Positions 29,471-39,685 of a stretch of DNA of 64,000 nt are shown here, piece by piece; the stretch's first letter is position 1; each line of letters opens with the position of its first letter. A model generated the notes under the pieces. That model made no database searches. It had not been told where the DNA came from and saw only the letters and a list, made by a program, of their open reading frames with translations. Source of the DNA: Thermoplasmata archaeon (GTDB lineage: Archaea > Thermoplasmatota > Thermoplasmata > Lutacidiplasmatales > UBA184); NCBI GenBank assembly GCA_052325545.1, contig JBKQUP010000037.1:240459-304458 (forward strand), in the 5' to 3' direction. The position numbers and the translations under genes are program-made.

Positions 29471-30450
29471 CGGGACCCACGTTGGTCGTCGGGGAGCTCC
29501 ACGACGGGGGCCTCTCCGACGCGACGAAGGAGGCGGTGAGCGCCGCCCAGAGCGTCTCTGGGAAGGAGAACGTCGTCGGCTTCCTGGCCGGCGGCTCGCC
29601 CCGCGGCCCCGCCACCGGCTTCGGCCGCTGCGGCGTCGCCCGCGCGTTCGTTGCCGAAGACCCCCGGTTGGACGGGGCCGTCGGAGCGGTCGTGGCCCAC
29701 CTCGTGGTGTCGGTCGCCGATTCGATCGGGGCGGAGCTCGTGATCGTGGGAGGCTCGATCTCGGGTCGGGACCTCGTGGCTCGTCTCGGAGTCCGCTGGA
29801 ACGCCGCGGTCGCCACCGGGGTGACGAGCCTAACGCGGAACGGCGCCACGTTCGAGGTCCGACGACCGGTCTTCGGAGGGCGCGCTACGGAGACCCGGCA
29901 GCTCGAAGGGGCCCACGCGGCAGTCGCGCTGCGTCCCCATGCATCCACGGCCCCCCCCGATTCTCCCGGGGAGGTGGCCCTGACCGCCGTCCCCCTCGAC
30001 GGGATCCCGCCCTCGTTCTGGGCTCCGAAGCGGTTGAGCGTCGAGGTCGTCGGCCGGGGCGCGGGGCCGAGCCTGACCGACGCGTCGATCATCGTCTCGG
30101 GCGGCCGCGGGGTCCGAGCGGCCGAGAACTTCCGGCTCATCGACGAGCTCGCGGCGTCCCTCGGCGCCGCGGTCGGGGCCTCGCGTGCGGTCACGGACGC
30201 CGGCTGGCGGCCCGAGAACTATCAGGTCGGGCAGACGGGAAAACAGGTCTCCCCGCAGCTCTACGTCGCCGTGGGGATCTCGGGGGCGATCCAGCACCTG
30301 ATGGGGATGATCAGCTCGCGGGTCATCGTCGCAATCAACTCCGATTCCACCGCTCCGATCTTCAAGGTCGCGGACTACGGCATCGTCGGAGACCTCTTCC
30401 AGATCGTCCCGGCGCTCACCCAAGAGGTCAAGCGCGCGCGCGGAAAGTAA
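29467..30450 (+). CDS. etfA: electron transfer flavoprotein alpha subunit
   Basis: C-terminal FAD-binding region [43 protein letters not shown]. Confidence 0.85.
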   Translation: MTGPTLVVGELHDGGLSDATKEAVSAAQSVSGKENVVGFLAGGSPRGPATGFGRCGVARAFVAEDPRLDGAVGAVVAHLVVSVADSIGAELVIVGGSISGRDLVARLGVRWNAAVATGVTSLTRNGATFEVRRPVFGGRATETRQLEGAHAAVALRPHASTAPPDSPGEVALTAVPLDGIPPSFWAPKRLSVEVVGRGAGPSLTDASIIVSGGRGVRAAENFRLIDELAASLGAAVGASRAVTDAGWRPENYQVGQTGKQVSPQLYVAVGISGAIQHLMGMISSRVIVAINSDSTAPIFKVADYGIVGDLFQIVPALTQEVKRARGK

Positions 30451-30526
30451 GCTCCTCGCAGGAAGGGACGCCGCATCGTTCGGCGCCCCCGCCGCACCGC
30501 TCGGTCCCGGGGCCTGAGCGTTCGGT

Positions 30527-31828
30527 CTACAGGTCCCAGGCGATCTCTACGCCGTCGCGGATCAACGACGTGATCTTGACGCCCGCGGACTTCTGGGCCG
30601 CGCGCAGGAGCTTGCGCGCCGACCTCTTCGGGGACCCGCTCTCGGCCATCATCGAGCGCAGGAGCTCCGTGGCGAACCTCGGGTACACGGAGTATATCCG
30701 AGGGTTCCACTTGACCCGGTCGAGGCGGGCGAAATCCCGGAAGTCCGGGAGGATCCCGGTCGCCTCGAGCCGTCGGTCGTACTCCGCGAGCTTGGCGGCG
30801 GAGGGGTCGCCCGCGGCCTTGGACGCGAGCGCGGTCTCGGCGGCCTCGATGCCGGAGCGGATGGCGTAGTTCATGCCTTGGATCATGATCCCGTTCGAGA
30901 AGACGAAGCCCGCCGCATCCCCGGCGACCATCCACCCATCGCCGTGGAACGCCGCCGGTCGACCGGCCCAACCGCCCGGGACGAGCCTCGCGCCGTACTC
31001 GACGAGCTCGGCGCCCTTCAGCCGGTTCGCGATCGCCGGGTGGAGCTTGAACCGCTCGATGAGCTCGTGGGCGTAGGCGTTGCGGCCGTAGAGCGACTGG
31101 ATGCTCACGATGATCCCGAGGGAAAGGGTGTCGCGGTTCGTGTAAAGGAACCCCCCGCCCATCACGCCGGGCGGGAAGAGGCCCCCGACCCATTCCTCCG
31201 AGTGCCCCTCGTTCCCGGTGACGTGAAAACGGTCCTCGATGACCGACGGGGCGACCCGGAACACCTCCTTGATCCCGAGCTCGGTCGTCTCGGGGGAGAG
31301 CCGGGCGTTCGGACGGATGGGGGTTCCGAGCGACAGCCGGGAATTCGCCCCGTCCGCCAGGATCGTGACCGGGGCGGTCATCGTCTCCCCGCCCTGAACG
31401 ATCCCGTGCACTCGCGTCCCCTCCCAGTTCAGGCGGTCCACGGGGACGGACGGGACGACCGTGGCTCCGACCTCCTCGGCCTTCTTGGCGAGCCAGCTGT
31501 CGGTGCGAGAGCGAAGGACGGAGTGCGCGACGTACGGTTCGTGGTTCCAACTGCCTTCCTGGAGGTCGAACGAGACCGCGCTATCGGCTGTGAGGATGCC
31601 GAACCGCTTGCGGATGAGATGCCGTTCGACCGGCATCTCGCGCCACCAGTTGGGCAGGATGCGCGAGAGGTCGTTGCCCCAGAGGATGCCGCCGGAGAGG
31701 CTCTTCTGGCCGACCTCGGCCCCCCGCTCCACGAGGAGCACGTTCGCTCCCCCCTGGGCGAGGCGGATCGCGGCCGGGCCGCCGGCCATGCCGGCACCGA
31801 CCACGATGACGTCAAAATCGTCGGCCAT
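30527..31828 (-). CDS. fixC: FAD-dependent ETF-quinone/ferredoxin oxidoreductase (FixC-like)
   Basis: N-terminal FDVIVVGAGMAGGPAAIRLAQGG dinucleotide fold in 433 aa. Convergent with etfBA. Confidence 0.78.
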   Translation of the reverse strand: MADDFDVIVVGAGMAGGPAAIRLAQGGANVLLVERGAEVGQKSLSGGILWGNDLSRILPNWWREMPVERHLIRKRFGILTADSAVSFDLQEGSWNHEPYVAHSVLRSRTDSWLAKKAEEVGATVVPSVPVDRLNWEGTRVHGIVQGGETMTAPVTILADGANSRLSLGTPIRPNARLSPETTELGIKEVFRVAPSVIEDRFHVTGNEGHSEEWVGGLFPPGVMGGGFLYTNRDTLSLGIIVSIQSLYGRNAYAHELIERFKLHPAIANRLKGAELVEYGARLVPGGWAGRPAAFHGDGWMVAGDAAGFVFSNGIMIQGMNYAIRSGIEAAETALASKAAGDPSAAKLAEYDRRLEATGILPDFRDFARLDRVKWNPRIYSVYPRFATELLRSMMAESGSPKRSARKLLRAAQKSAGVKITSLIRDGVEIAWDL

Positions 31829-31882
31829 GGGCTTTTCGCCCGACGCGGCCGGTTCGATTTAAGGTGCCCGCCCGGGGTCGCG

Positions 31883-32524
31883 TCAGCGCGGCGGGCCGGT
31901 CCACTGGACGGGGCCCGGCGACGTCTGCGTGTTCTGGGTCGCGTTCTCGATCAGCTTCTGGAAACGGAAGGGCTTCGGTATCCCCTTCCAGTCCTCGTTC
32001 CCGAGGCTCTTCCCGCCCTCGGAGCTGACGCGCACCGTCCCGTATCCCAGGAGGCGCTGGCCGAACCTCTGGTGGACGTCGACGCCCCGGACCTGAGTCA
32101 CGGGGATCTCGTCGAAGTCCTTCCCGAGGATCCCCCGCTGGATGATCACCCGGCGCGAGGTGACCGCGTACACCGTGGTGATCCAGCGGAAGTACCGGAT
32201 GAGGAGCCAGAGCAGGCCGATGAGGAAGAGCAGGAACCAGAAGTACGCGAGGTACATCTGCACGGTCGACGAGAAGTAGTTCGAGAGGGTCAGCCACTGG
32301 AGAAGGGTCGCCGATAGCTTGGGCACGGCCGAGGTGATCGCCGGCGCCGAGAACAGCGCGAGCAGACCGAAGACGACGGTCCACAGGATCGGTCCGGGGA
32401 AGTAGAACAGCTTCGTGGCCCGAGTCTCCTCGAGCAGGCTCTCCTGGTCCGCGAGGTACGTCGCCTTGAGGAGTTTCGGCATCTTCCGAGGGGTGGTCGA
32501 CATAGGAACCGTTCCGAGGGGCAT
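31883..32524 (-). CDS. membrane protein with bacterial-type PH domain (YdbS/bPH_2-like)
   Basis: Two TM helices followed by TTVYAVTSRRVIIQRGILGKDFDEIPVTQVRGVDVHQRFGQRLLGYGTVRVSS. The start is uncertain (ATG 32524, 32503 or 32482). Confidence 0.6.
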   Translation of the reverse strand: MPLGTVPMSTTPRKMPKLLKATYLADQESLLEETRATKLFYFPGPILWTVVFGLLALFSAPAITSAVPKLSATLLQWLTLSNYFSSTVQMYLAYFWFLLFLIGLLWLLIRYFRWITTVYAVTSRRVIIQRGILGKDFDEIPVTQVRGVDVHQRFGQRLLGYGTVRVSSEGGKSLGNEDWKGIPKPFRFQKLIENATQNTQTSPGPVQWTGPPR

Positions 32525-32653
32525 GGGTTCGGTCGGGAGATAAACCCTCGGCTGATTCGGAGGGGGCGCCTCCTCCGTTCCTCGAGGAGAATCCGGTCCG
32601 CGGGTTCCCCCGCCGGGCGCCCTCTTGAAATACTGTGACCGACTCGCATTGTC

Positions 32654-33067
32654 GTGACCGAGACCCCCGAGCACCCCGAGGAGGCTCCGACCCCTCCGAC
32701 CGAGGAGGAGCCGACGCCGACCATCGAGGTCGTCGAGGGGGGACAGGACCTCGGACGTCTCCCGCTCCCTCGGCGCAGCCGCGGCGAGGTGTTCGGGATC
32801 GCGAACCAGCTCCTCGGGGCGGCCCGTATCCGCGTGATGTGCGAGGACAACCTCTCACGGATGGGGCGCATCACCGGGAAGATGAAGAAGAAAATGTGGA
32901 TCCGGGAGGGCGACCTCCTGATCCTGCGACCCTGGGGCTTCCAGGAAGGAAAGGCGGACATCCTCTTCCGCTACAGCCGGACCCAGGCCCAGTACCTCGC
33001 GCGCAAGAACATCCTGCCGGCGTCGGTCAATATCTTCCAGACCGCGGAGTCCCCGTCCCCCTCCTAA
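32654..33067 (+). CDS. eif1a: translation initiation factor aIF-1A
   Basis: S1/OB core GEVFGIANQLLGAARIRVMCEDNLSRMGRITGKMKKKMWIREGDLLILRPW. GTG start, with an acidic/Pro-rich N-terminal extension. Confidence 0.88.
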   Translation: MTETPEHPEEAPTPPTEEEPTPTIEVVEGGQDLGRLPLPRRSRGEVFGIANQLLGAARIRVMCEDNLSRMGRITGKMKKKMWIREGDLLILRPWGFQEGKADILFRYSRTQAQYLARKNILPASVNIFQTAESPSPS

Positions 33068-33075
33068 GAGGCAGG

Positions 33076-34572
33076 ATGTGGGCCTCCTCCCAACGTCCGC
33101 TGTCGTCCCTTGAAATGGCGGTCGTCGAACAGAACGCGGTCGCCCTCGGCGTCACGATCGACGCCCTCATGGAGAACGCCGGACGTGCCACCGCCGAGGA
33201 AACGACCCGCCATCTTCCCTCCCCCCCCGCCCGTGTCGCAGTGGTCGCGGGGACCGGGAACAACGGCGGGGACGGGACCTGCGCCGCGTTCTACCTCTTG
33301 CAGTGGGGCTACTCCCCCGAGATCTGGCTCGTCCACCCGCCCGTGGAGATCCGTTCCCGGGCGGCCCAGCGCTGCTTTGACCGGGTCAAGAACCGGGTTC
33401 CCATCCGGGTCGGGGTGCCCCGGCCCGAGGAGCTTGCGACGATGCCGCTCGTCGTGGATGCCCTGCTCGGCACCGGCCAGTCCGGACGGCTCCGGCCGCC
33501 GATCCGGGAGGCGGTCGCGGCCATCCGGGCGAGCGGTGCCCCCGTCCTCTCGGTCGACGTTCCCACGGGGATTACTGACCCCGAGGGCCTGTCGCCGTCG
33601 TGGACCGTCACGTTCACGATCCGCAAGGAGGAGATGGAGGGAGGAAAGGTCGGAGAGCTCACGGTCCGGGACATCGGTATGCCCCCGAACGCGTGGCGGC
33701 AGACCGGCCCCGGGGATTTCCACCTCTTCCCCGCGCCGAAGGAGTCGCGAGGTCGCAGCGGCCGACTGGTCGTGATCGGCGGGGGTCCGTACACCGGCGC
33801 CCCTGCGCTCGCGGCCTTGGCAGCGATGCGCTCCGGGGCCGAACGGGCCACGGTCGTGACCCCCGAGGTCGCGGCGGGAGCGGTCCGCGCGTTCAGTCCG
33901 AACCTGATCGTCCGGCCGGTCGGGTCGGACCGGTTCCGCCCCCACGACGTCCCCGCCATCCTGGAGACCGTTCGTTCCGCTCCCCCCGGCGCCGTCGTCC
34001 TCGGCATGGGCGCCGGCGCACACCCCGAGACGGTCGAAGCCCTCCGTGCCATCATCACTGCCCTCGCCCCCGAACTGCCACTCGTCGTGGACGCCGATGG
34101 CCTCTCGGCCCTCTCTGAGGGCCCCGCAGGGTCCGGCGCGGCCCCGACCTATGGCCTCGTCGCGACCCCGAACGCCGGCGAGTTCGAGCGGGTGTTCCAT
34201 GGACCTTCCTCCGGATCCTTCGAGGAGCGGTGCGCCGCCGCCGAGCGCATCGCCGGGGAGCGTCACCTCACCCTCGTCGTGAAAGGGTCGCCGGACATAC
34301 TGACGGACGGGGCGACCACCATCGGGAACACGCACCATCACCTCGCCATGACGGTGGGAGGGGTGGGCGACGTGCTCGGCGGCGTGCTGGGGAGCCTCCT
34401 CGCCCAGGGAGTCCGTCCCCTGCATGCCGCCCGTCTCGCGACGTATTGGACGGGAGAGGCCGGTCTGCGGGCGGCCGCCCATCGCGGTTTCGGGATCCTC
34501 GCGACCGACGTGATCGAGGAGCTTCCGGCGGCCCTGGTCGTCGGCCTTCAACGGGTCGAGCGGGCGTTCTAG
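33076..34572 (+). CDS. nnr: bifunctional NAD(P)H-hydrate repair enzyme Nnr (epimerase/ADP-dependent dehydratase)
   Basis: YjeF_N motif VAGTGNNGGDG. C-terminal kinase-like domain with IGGGPYTGAPALAALAAMRSGA and MTVGGVGDVLGG. Start at ATG 33076 within the 645-aa ORF. Confidence 0.85.
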   Translation: MWASSQRPLSSLEMAVVEQNAVALGVTIDALMENAGRATAEETTRHLPSPPARVAVVAGTGNNGGDGTCAAFYLLQWGYSPEIWLVHPPVEIRSRAAQRCFDRVKNRVPIRVGVPRPEELATMPLVVDALLGTGQSGRLRPPIREAVAAIRASGAPVLSVDVPTGITDPEGLSPSWTVTFTIRKEEMEGGKVGELTVRDIGMPPNAWRQTGPGDFHLFPAPKESRGRSGRLVVIGGGPYTGAPALAALAAMRSGAERATVVTPEVAAGAVRAFSPNLIVRPVGSDRFRPHDVPAILETVRSAPPGAVVLGMGAGAHPETVEALRAIITALAPELPLVVDADGLSALSEGPAGSGAAPTYGLVATPNAGEFERVFHGPSSGSFEERCAAAERIAGERHLTLVVKGSPDILTDGATTIGNTHHHLAMTVGGVGDVLGGVLGSLLAQGVRPLHAARLATYWTGEAGLRAAAHRGFGILATDVIEELPAALVVGLQRVERAF

Positions 34573-34591
34573 GGATTACCGCTCGCGGTCC

Positions 34592-35248
34592 TCACGCGTA
34601 CCGAACGCGGCCTCGGATCACTTTCGCGCGGGCTCGTACGTCCTTGGCCCCCGCGGGGTTCCCGTCCGTGTATCCCTCGTGGAACGCTCGAACGAGAGCG
34701 TCCGACCTCGCGCTGATGGCCTTCAGGTCCTCCTCCACGAGGTGCAGGTCGATCCCGAGCTCTTCGAGGCCCGGGCTACGGGTCCCCATCGATAGGTCGA
34801 GGAACGCCGGGGCCCCCCGGGGGCCGTCCGGGAAGAGCACGTTCGAGCTCGTGAGGTCCCCGTGGGCGATCGAACCGGCGTGGAGAACGCCGAGCGCGTG
34901 ACCGAACGCGCGGACGGCCACCGGGAGGTCGTCGGGCGGAACGTTCGGGTCCTCCAAGATCTGCCGAAGGGTCGGACCCGGGAGCTCCTCGAGGGTCAAC
35001 CGGTGACGGGGAAGGTCGATGTCGTAGATCATCGGTGTTCGGACCCCGAGCCGACGGGCGTCGACCAGCAGGCGGGCCTCGTTGCGGGTCCTCTCCCGCC
35101 GGATCCGGTCGTCGAGCGCTTTCGGCCGGTAGGTCTTGAGGTCCCGTTCCTTGAGGAGGGACGGAAACCCCCACCAGTCGACCTTGCGGAGCGACGCCTC
35201 GGCTCCGCGCGAGACGGGAGGACCCTCGGGAGTCGGCTCGGCGGCCAT
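34592..35248 (-). CDS. bud32: KEOPS complex kinase Bud32 (RIO-type Ser/Thr kinase)
   Basis: RIRRERTRNEARLL and the catalytic loop IAHGDLTSSNVLF in 218 aa. Confidence 0.75.
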   Translation of the reverse strand: MAAEPTPEGPPVSRGAEASLRKVDWWGFPSLLKERDLKTYRPKALDDRIRRERTRNEARLLVDARRLGVRTPMIYDIDLPRHRLTLEELPGPTLRQILEDPNVPPDDLPVAVRAFGHALGVLHAGSIAHGDLTSSNVLFPDGPRGAPAFLDLSMGTRSPGLEELGIDLHLVEEDLKAISARSDALVRAFHEGYTDGNPAGAKDVRARAKVIRGRVRYA

Positions 35249-35261
35249 CTTCCGACCGGGC

Positions 35262-36137
35262 CTACCGCCCTTTGCGCGCGACGACGCTTCGCACGATCGC
35301 CTCGCGTGCGAGGCGCGCCGCGAGGAGGCTCGTGTTCCCCGAATCGTAGTGGGGGCTGACCTCCATGATGTCGAGGCCCGCGAGGCGCGGTGCGGCTTGT
35401 CCGATGATGTACTTCACGTCCCGAGGCGTGAGGCCGAACGGCTCGGGAGTCCCGGTCGCTCCCGCGTAGGCGGGGTCGATCGCATCGATGTCGAGCGAGA
35501 TGTAGATCCGCTCGGTCTTCAGCATGTTGAGCGCTTGGTGGACCGCCGCTTCGATCCCGTCCCGCGCGATCTCGGCGGTGGTCACATACGACATCCCGAT
35601 CGTGCGGTTGTCGTCCATCTCCTCCCGGGAGACCGAACGGACCCCGAGCACGACGATGTTGCGGACGCCGACCTTCTCCAGGATCCGGCGGGACGAGCAA
35701 CCGTGGCTCCGGCGGTCCCCGAGGTAGCTCGCGCGGAAGTCCATGTGCGCGTCCAGGTACAGGACCCCGACGCTGGGCGCGGAATCAGGGTACGCCTCGA
35801 CGACCGGAGGCGAGCAGGCGTGGTCCCCGCCGAGGACGATCGGTACCTTGCCCGCGGCGTAGATCGGACGGATCTCCTCGCGGAGCGAACGCGCCATCTC
35901 CTCGGAGGATCCGAACTCCTCGGTGTTCCCGAGGTCGTGGACCGGGACCTCGGAAAGGTCGACCCCGGTCTCGAGGTCGTAGGACTCGAAGTTCCACGAG
36001 TGCATACGGATCGAATCGGGACCGAACCGCGCTCCGGGGCGGAAGGAGGTCGTCCGGTCGAACGGGACGCCGACGATGACGAACTCGGCGTCCTCGAACG
36101 AAGCGCCAGCGTCCGCGAAGGTGGTCGGCCGTTGCAC
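35262..36137 (-). CDS. speB: agmatinase (ureohydrolase family)
   Basis: Mn-ligand motifs GGDHACS, LDAHMDF and SLDIDAIDPAYAGATGTPEPFG. Confidence 0.82.
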   Translation of the reverse strand: MQRPTTFADAGASFEDAEFVIVGVPFDRTTSFRPGARFGPDSIRMHSWNFESYDLETGVDLSEVPVHDLGNTEEFGSSEEMARSLREEIRPIYAAGKVPIVLGGDHACSPPVVEAYPDSAPSVGVLYLDAHMDFRASYLGDRRSHGCSSRRILEKVGVRNIVVLGVRSVSREEMDDNRTIGMSYVTTAEIARDGIEAAVHQALNMLKTERIYISLDIDAIDPAYAGATGTPEPFGLTPRDVKYIIGQAAPRLAGLDIMEVSPHYDSGNTSLLAARLAREAIVRSVVARKGR

Positions 36138-36185
36138 GCCGGTCGAACGACGGTGCTCTATAAGACGGTGCCTTTGGCCCTCGCG

Positions 36186-37367
36186 TCAGCCGGCGCTGCC
36201 CTCGGCCGGAGCGCGTTGGAGGCGCGCCCGGATGCCCATCTCCCCGTAGAGGATCTCCATCACGGCGAGCGAGATCGCGGTCGTTCCGATTGCCATGACG
36301 AAGAGGCCGAAGTACCCGTAGAGTTCGATCGCGATCGCGCCCACGAGAGGTCCCACGCTCCACAGGGAGGAGTTGATGAGCGCGAACACGCCGAGGTACT
36401 CGGCCCGCTGGCCGGCGGGCGCCATCCGCGCGACCCACGCGTTCATGCCGGGACCGAGGAAGGATAGCCCGCCGTTGCGGACCGCCTGGGCGGGAACCGT
36501 CTCGGTCCACGTCGTGGAGAACATGAATATCCCGTACGAGGCCAGCGTCAGCACGGTGCCGTACCAGATCCCCCGGATCTCGCCCATCCGGTCGATCGCT
36601 CGGCCGAGCGGTATCCCGGTCACGGCGCCGGTAACGAGACCCGCGATCGCGACGATGCTCACCTCGATGTTGTTGGCGCCGAGACTGGCCGCCAGGAACC
36701 CGTAGAACGCCGCGACCGCGCCTGACCCGATCGCCCGGATCGACACGGCGAACGAGAAGTTCACCACGTTCCGCATCTCGCGCAGGGGCCGGCGTTCGTG
36801 CGGGATCTCGACCCGGATGTCCGGGACGAGGAACAGGACCACTCCGAGCGTCCCGACCATCATCACGACCACGAACGGGAACAGCGCTTGCAGACCGTAC
36901 CAGTAGGTAACGACGCCCGCGAGGACGAATCCGACCACCGCCCCCGCGTTCGAGGTGGCGTTGAGGAGGCCGTACCCTTCTCCGCGCTCGTTGGTCCGGG
37001 TCACGTCCGCGACGAACGCGTTGTACGCGGGGCTTCCGATGGCAAGCGCGAGCTCGGCCGCGATGAACAGACCGCCCGCGACCACGTAGCCCGGAGCGAA
37101 GACGATCGCGAGGAAGAGGGGGAACGCGGCGGCCTCCCCGAGGAGCAGGAACGGCTTGCGCCGGCCCACGCGGTCGGAGAGCCGGCCCACCCATGGGCCG
37201 ATCAGGCTCGCCGGCAACCACGCGAGGGTCAGGATGGTAAGGGCCACCGGAAGGGAGGCGCCCTTGACCTCGACCAGGTAGAGCGGAAGGAAGACGATGA
37301 ACAGCCCGCCGCGGTTGCTCGCGAGGAGCGAGTAGAGGGAGAGCGATAGGAGCTCCCGAGAGGGCAT
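36186..37367 (-). CDS. MFS transporter
   Basis: 393 aa with about 12 TM segments and a GRLSDRVGRRKPF loop motif. Confidence 0.75.
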   Translation of the reverse strand: MPSRELLSLSLYSLLASNRGGLFIVFLPLYLVEVKGASLPVALTILTLAWLPASLIGPWVGRLSDRVGRRKPFLLLGEAAAFPLFLAIVFAPGYVVAGGLFIAAELALAIGSPAYNAFVADVTRTNERGEGYGLLNATSNAGAVVGFVLAGVVTYWYGLQALFPFVVVMMVGTLGVVLFLVPDIRVEIPHERRPLREMRNVVNFSFAVSIRAIGSGAVAAFYGFLAASLGANNIEVSIVAIAGLVTGAVTGIPLGRAIDRMGEIRGIWYGTVLTLASYGIFMFSTTWTETVPAQAVRNGGLSFLGPGMNAWVARMAPAGQRAEYLGVFALINSSLWSVGPLVGAIAIELYGYFGLFVMAIGTTAISLAVMEILYGEMGIRARLQRAPAEGSAG

Positions 37368-37529
37368 CGGCGCGCCACTACGACCGATTACTTACCGTTG
37401 AGCGCCGAAACGGACGCGCGGCCGCCGGAGCGAAGAAGGACTCGCGGGGGCCACGAACTACGAGGGGAGAGCAATACCCAAGGTCGCGTCCTCATGGTCC
37501 ACCGCGCCGCCCGCGGTCGTTCGAGTTCG

Positions 37530-39239
37530 TCAGTTCTTCGGAGTGTACGGGGAAGCCGTCGCGGCCTCCGCCCGAAGCACGCGCCGGAGCACCTTCTGAG
37601 CCCCGCTTCGGGGAAGTTCGTCGCGGAATTCGACGCGTCGGGGCGCCTTGTAGCGGGCGACCCGCTCGCGGACGAACCCGATGAGCTCTTCGGCGGTGAC
37701 GGAGACCCCGGGCTTCCGCACGACGAACGCCACCACCGACTCGCCGCGCTCCGGGTCGGGGGCCCCGACGACCGCCACGTCCGCCACCGCGCTATGCTGG
37801 AAGAGCACCTCCTCCACCTCCCTCGGATAGACCTTCATCCCGCTGACGTTGACCATGTCCTTCTTGCGGTCGACGAGGTAGGCGAACCCGTCCGGGTCGA
37901 GCCGAACGACGTCCCCCGTTCGGAACCAGCCGTCCTTCAGGACGAGGGCGGTCTCCTCGGGTTGCCGGTAATAGCCCAGCATCACCTGCGGCCCACGCAC
38001 CGAGAGCTCCCCGACCTCTCCGACGCCGAGGACCCGGGTGCCGGTCTCGAGGTCGACGACCCGCTGGTCGGTCTCGGGGACGGGAACTCCGATCGAGCCC
38101 ATCCGTCGCTCGCCGGAGAGGGGGTTCTCGTGCGTGATCGGCGACGTTTCAGAGAGGCCGTACCCTTCCACGAGCCGCGCGCCCGTGAGCTCCTCGAATC
38201 GCCGTTGGACCTCGAACGGGAGCGGCGCCGAACCGCTGAGGCAGTATCGGATCGAGCGGACCCGGTGCTTCGCGAGGTCCGGTTGGCGGTTGAACGCCTG
38301 GTATAGCGCGGGAACCCCGGGGAACTGAGTGGGCTGGTATCGGTCGATGAGCTGGAGGAGCTCCCGGATCTCGGGTCGGGTCTGGAGGACGATGGTCCCC
38401 CCGGCCGCGAATCCCATCAGCAGCGCGACCGTGAGCCCGTAGATGTGGGATAGGGGGATCGCCGCCATCACGACCTCCGCGCCGGGCTCGAGCCAGATGT
38501 TCCACGCGTTCCCCTGGACGACGTTCGCGACGAGGTTGCGATGCGTCAGTATGGCGGCCTTGGGAACCCCGGTCGTTCCGCCGGTGTACTGGAGGACCGC
38601 CGCGCTGGTCCGGGGGTCCGACCTCACGAGGGGGACCGAACCCGGGGTCGCGACCGCCGTCTTCCACGACCGTACTGAGGGACCTCTCGGGAACGCCCGC
38701 GAAGGTTCCTGGCCCCGAGGGCGGGGCCCGACGAACAGCCGACGATACCACGGGTAGAACTCCCGCAACCGTGCCACGAAGACGGCGGGCACGGCGTACT
38801 CGCCCGGGACCTTCGCGAGGTTGGGATACAGGGTCTCCAGCGTGACGAGCGCCTTCGGGGTCGAGTCCTGCAGCACGCGGGCGAGGTCCTGCCCGAGGTA
38901 GAGGGGGCTCACGGGCACGACGATGGCCCCGAGACGTAGGACGGCGAAGAACGCGATCGGGTAGGCCGGGCAATTGGGCAGATAGAGGGCGACCCGGTCC
39001 CCGGGCCCGACGTGGTCTCGGGCGAGGGAGGCGGCCAACCGCTCGCTCTCCTGCCAGAACCGTCGGTAGCTCCACTTCGCCCCGTAGTACACGATTGCAG
39101 TGCGGTCAGGCCAGCGTCGGACGCTCTCCTCCACCAGTTCGGTCAGGAGCTGGTCCGGGATGGCGAGGTGTCGGGGCACTTTCGGAGGATACTGCCGGAC
39201 CCAGACCGGGTCTTCGGCCCCGATAGGTGTCGTCGCCAT
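37530..39239 (-). CDS. long-chain fatty-acid--CoA ligase (AMP-dependent synthetase)
   Basis: AMP-binding motif LQYTGGTTGVPKAAILTHRNL, plus GYGLSETSP, TGDVVRLDPDGFAYLVDRKKD and the terminal PRSGAQKVLRR. Confidence 0.88.
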   Translation of the reverse strand: MATTPIGAEDPVWVRQYPPKVPRHLAIPDQLLTELVEESVRRWPDRTAIVYYGAKWSYRRFWQESERLAASLARDHVGPGDRVALYLPNCPAYPIAFFAVLRLGAIVVPVSPLYLGQDLARVLQDSTPKALVTLETLYPNLAKVPGEYAVPAVFVARLREFYPWYRRLFVGPRPRGQEPSRAFPRGPSVRSWKTAVATPGSVPLVRSDPRTSAAVLQYTGGTTGVPKAAILTHRNLVANVVQGNAWNIWLEPGAEVVMAAIPLSHIYGLTVALLMGFAAGGTIVLQTRPEIRELLQLIDRYQPTQFPGVPALYQAFNRQPDLAKHRVRSIRYCLSGSAPLPFEVQRRFEELTGARLVEGYGLSETSPITHENPLSGERRMGSIGVPVPETDQRVVDLETGTRVLGVGEVGELSVRGPQVMLGYYRQPEETALVLKDGWFRTGDVVRLDPDGFAYLVDRKKDMVNVSGMKVYPREVEEVLFQHSAVADVAVVGAPDPERGESVVAFVVRKPGVSVTAEELIGFVRERVARYKAPRRVEFRDELPRSGAQKVLRRVLRAEAATASPYTPKN

Positions 39240-39246
39240 CGGTCGT

Positions 39247-39552
39247 CTACTCGGGGCCGACGCTCGGATCGGTCGGCCTCGGTTCCATGGCCGGCAGACC
39301 GAGCAAGGTTCTCAGCCGTTCGAACGCGCCCTCGGCGACCTCCGGGTCCCGCGTCTTGAACAGGAGCCGGCCCGCGCGACTGATGGTGACCTCCGGATCG
39401 AGCGACACGATCAGCATCACGCGGGCGTCGATGACCGGGATGCCCTCCTTCTCGAGCACCGCCTTCACCGTACCGAGGTCGAGCGAGTTCGGAGGCTCGG
39501 CGAGGGCCTCGTACCCCCCGTGGTTCGAACAGAGCCGCAAGCGCCGGTACAT
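39247..39552 (-). CDS. hypothetical small protein (101 aa)
   Basis: ORF 7 nt upstream of the acyl-CoA ligase start, on the same strand. Codon third positions are G/C-rich like neighbouring genes. No motif recognised. Confidence 0.4.
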   Translation of the reverse strand: MYRRLRLCSNHGGYEALAEPPNSLDLGTVKAVLEKEGIPVIDARVMLIVSLDPEVTISRAGRLLFKTRDPEVAEGAFERLRTLLGLPAMEPRPTDPSVGPE

Positions 39553-39685
39553 GCCGTTCGGGCAGGGTGCCCCCCGGGCAGATAGCGCTTCTCGGGAGCA
39601 CGACCTTCGTTCCGCGCGGTCTCCAACGGAAGATTGGGCCGCAGGACCGGCGAAGGGACCCCGCGATGCGCGCCCGGGGTCCGTC

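Noticed and set aside
33064-37221. Long antisense ORFs 33064..34551(-) and 35785..37221(-), plus 35136..36467(+)
   Set aside because: They overlap Nnr, agmatinase and MFS genes that have clear motifs. Their compositions are typical of high-G+C shadow ORFs.
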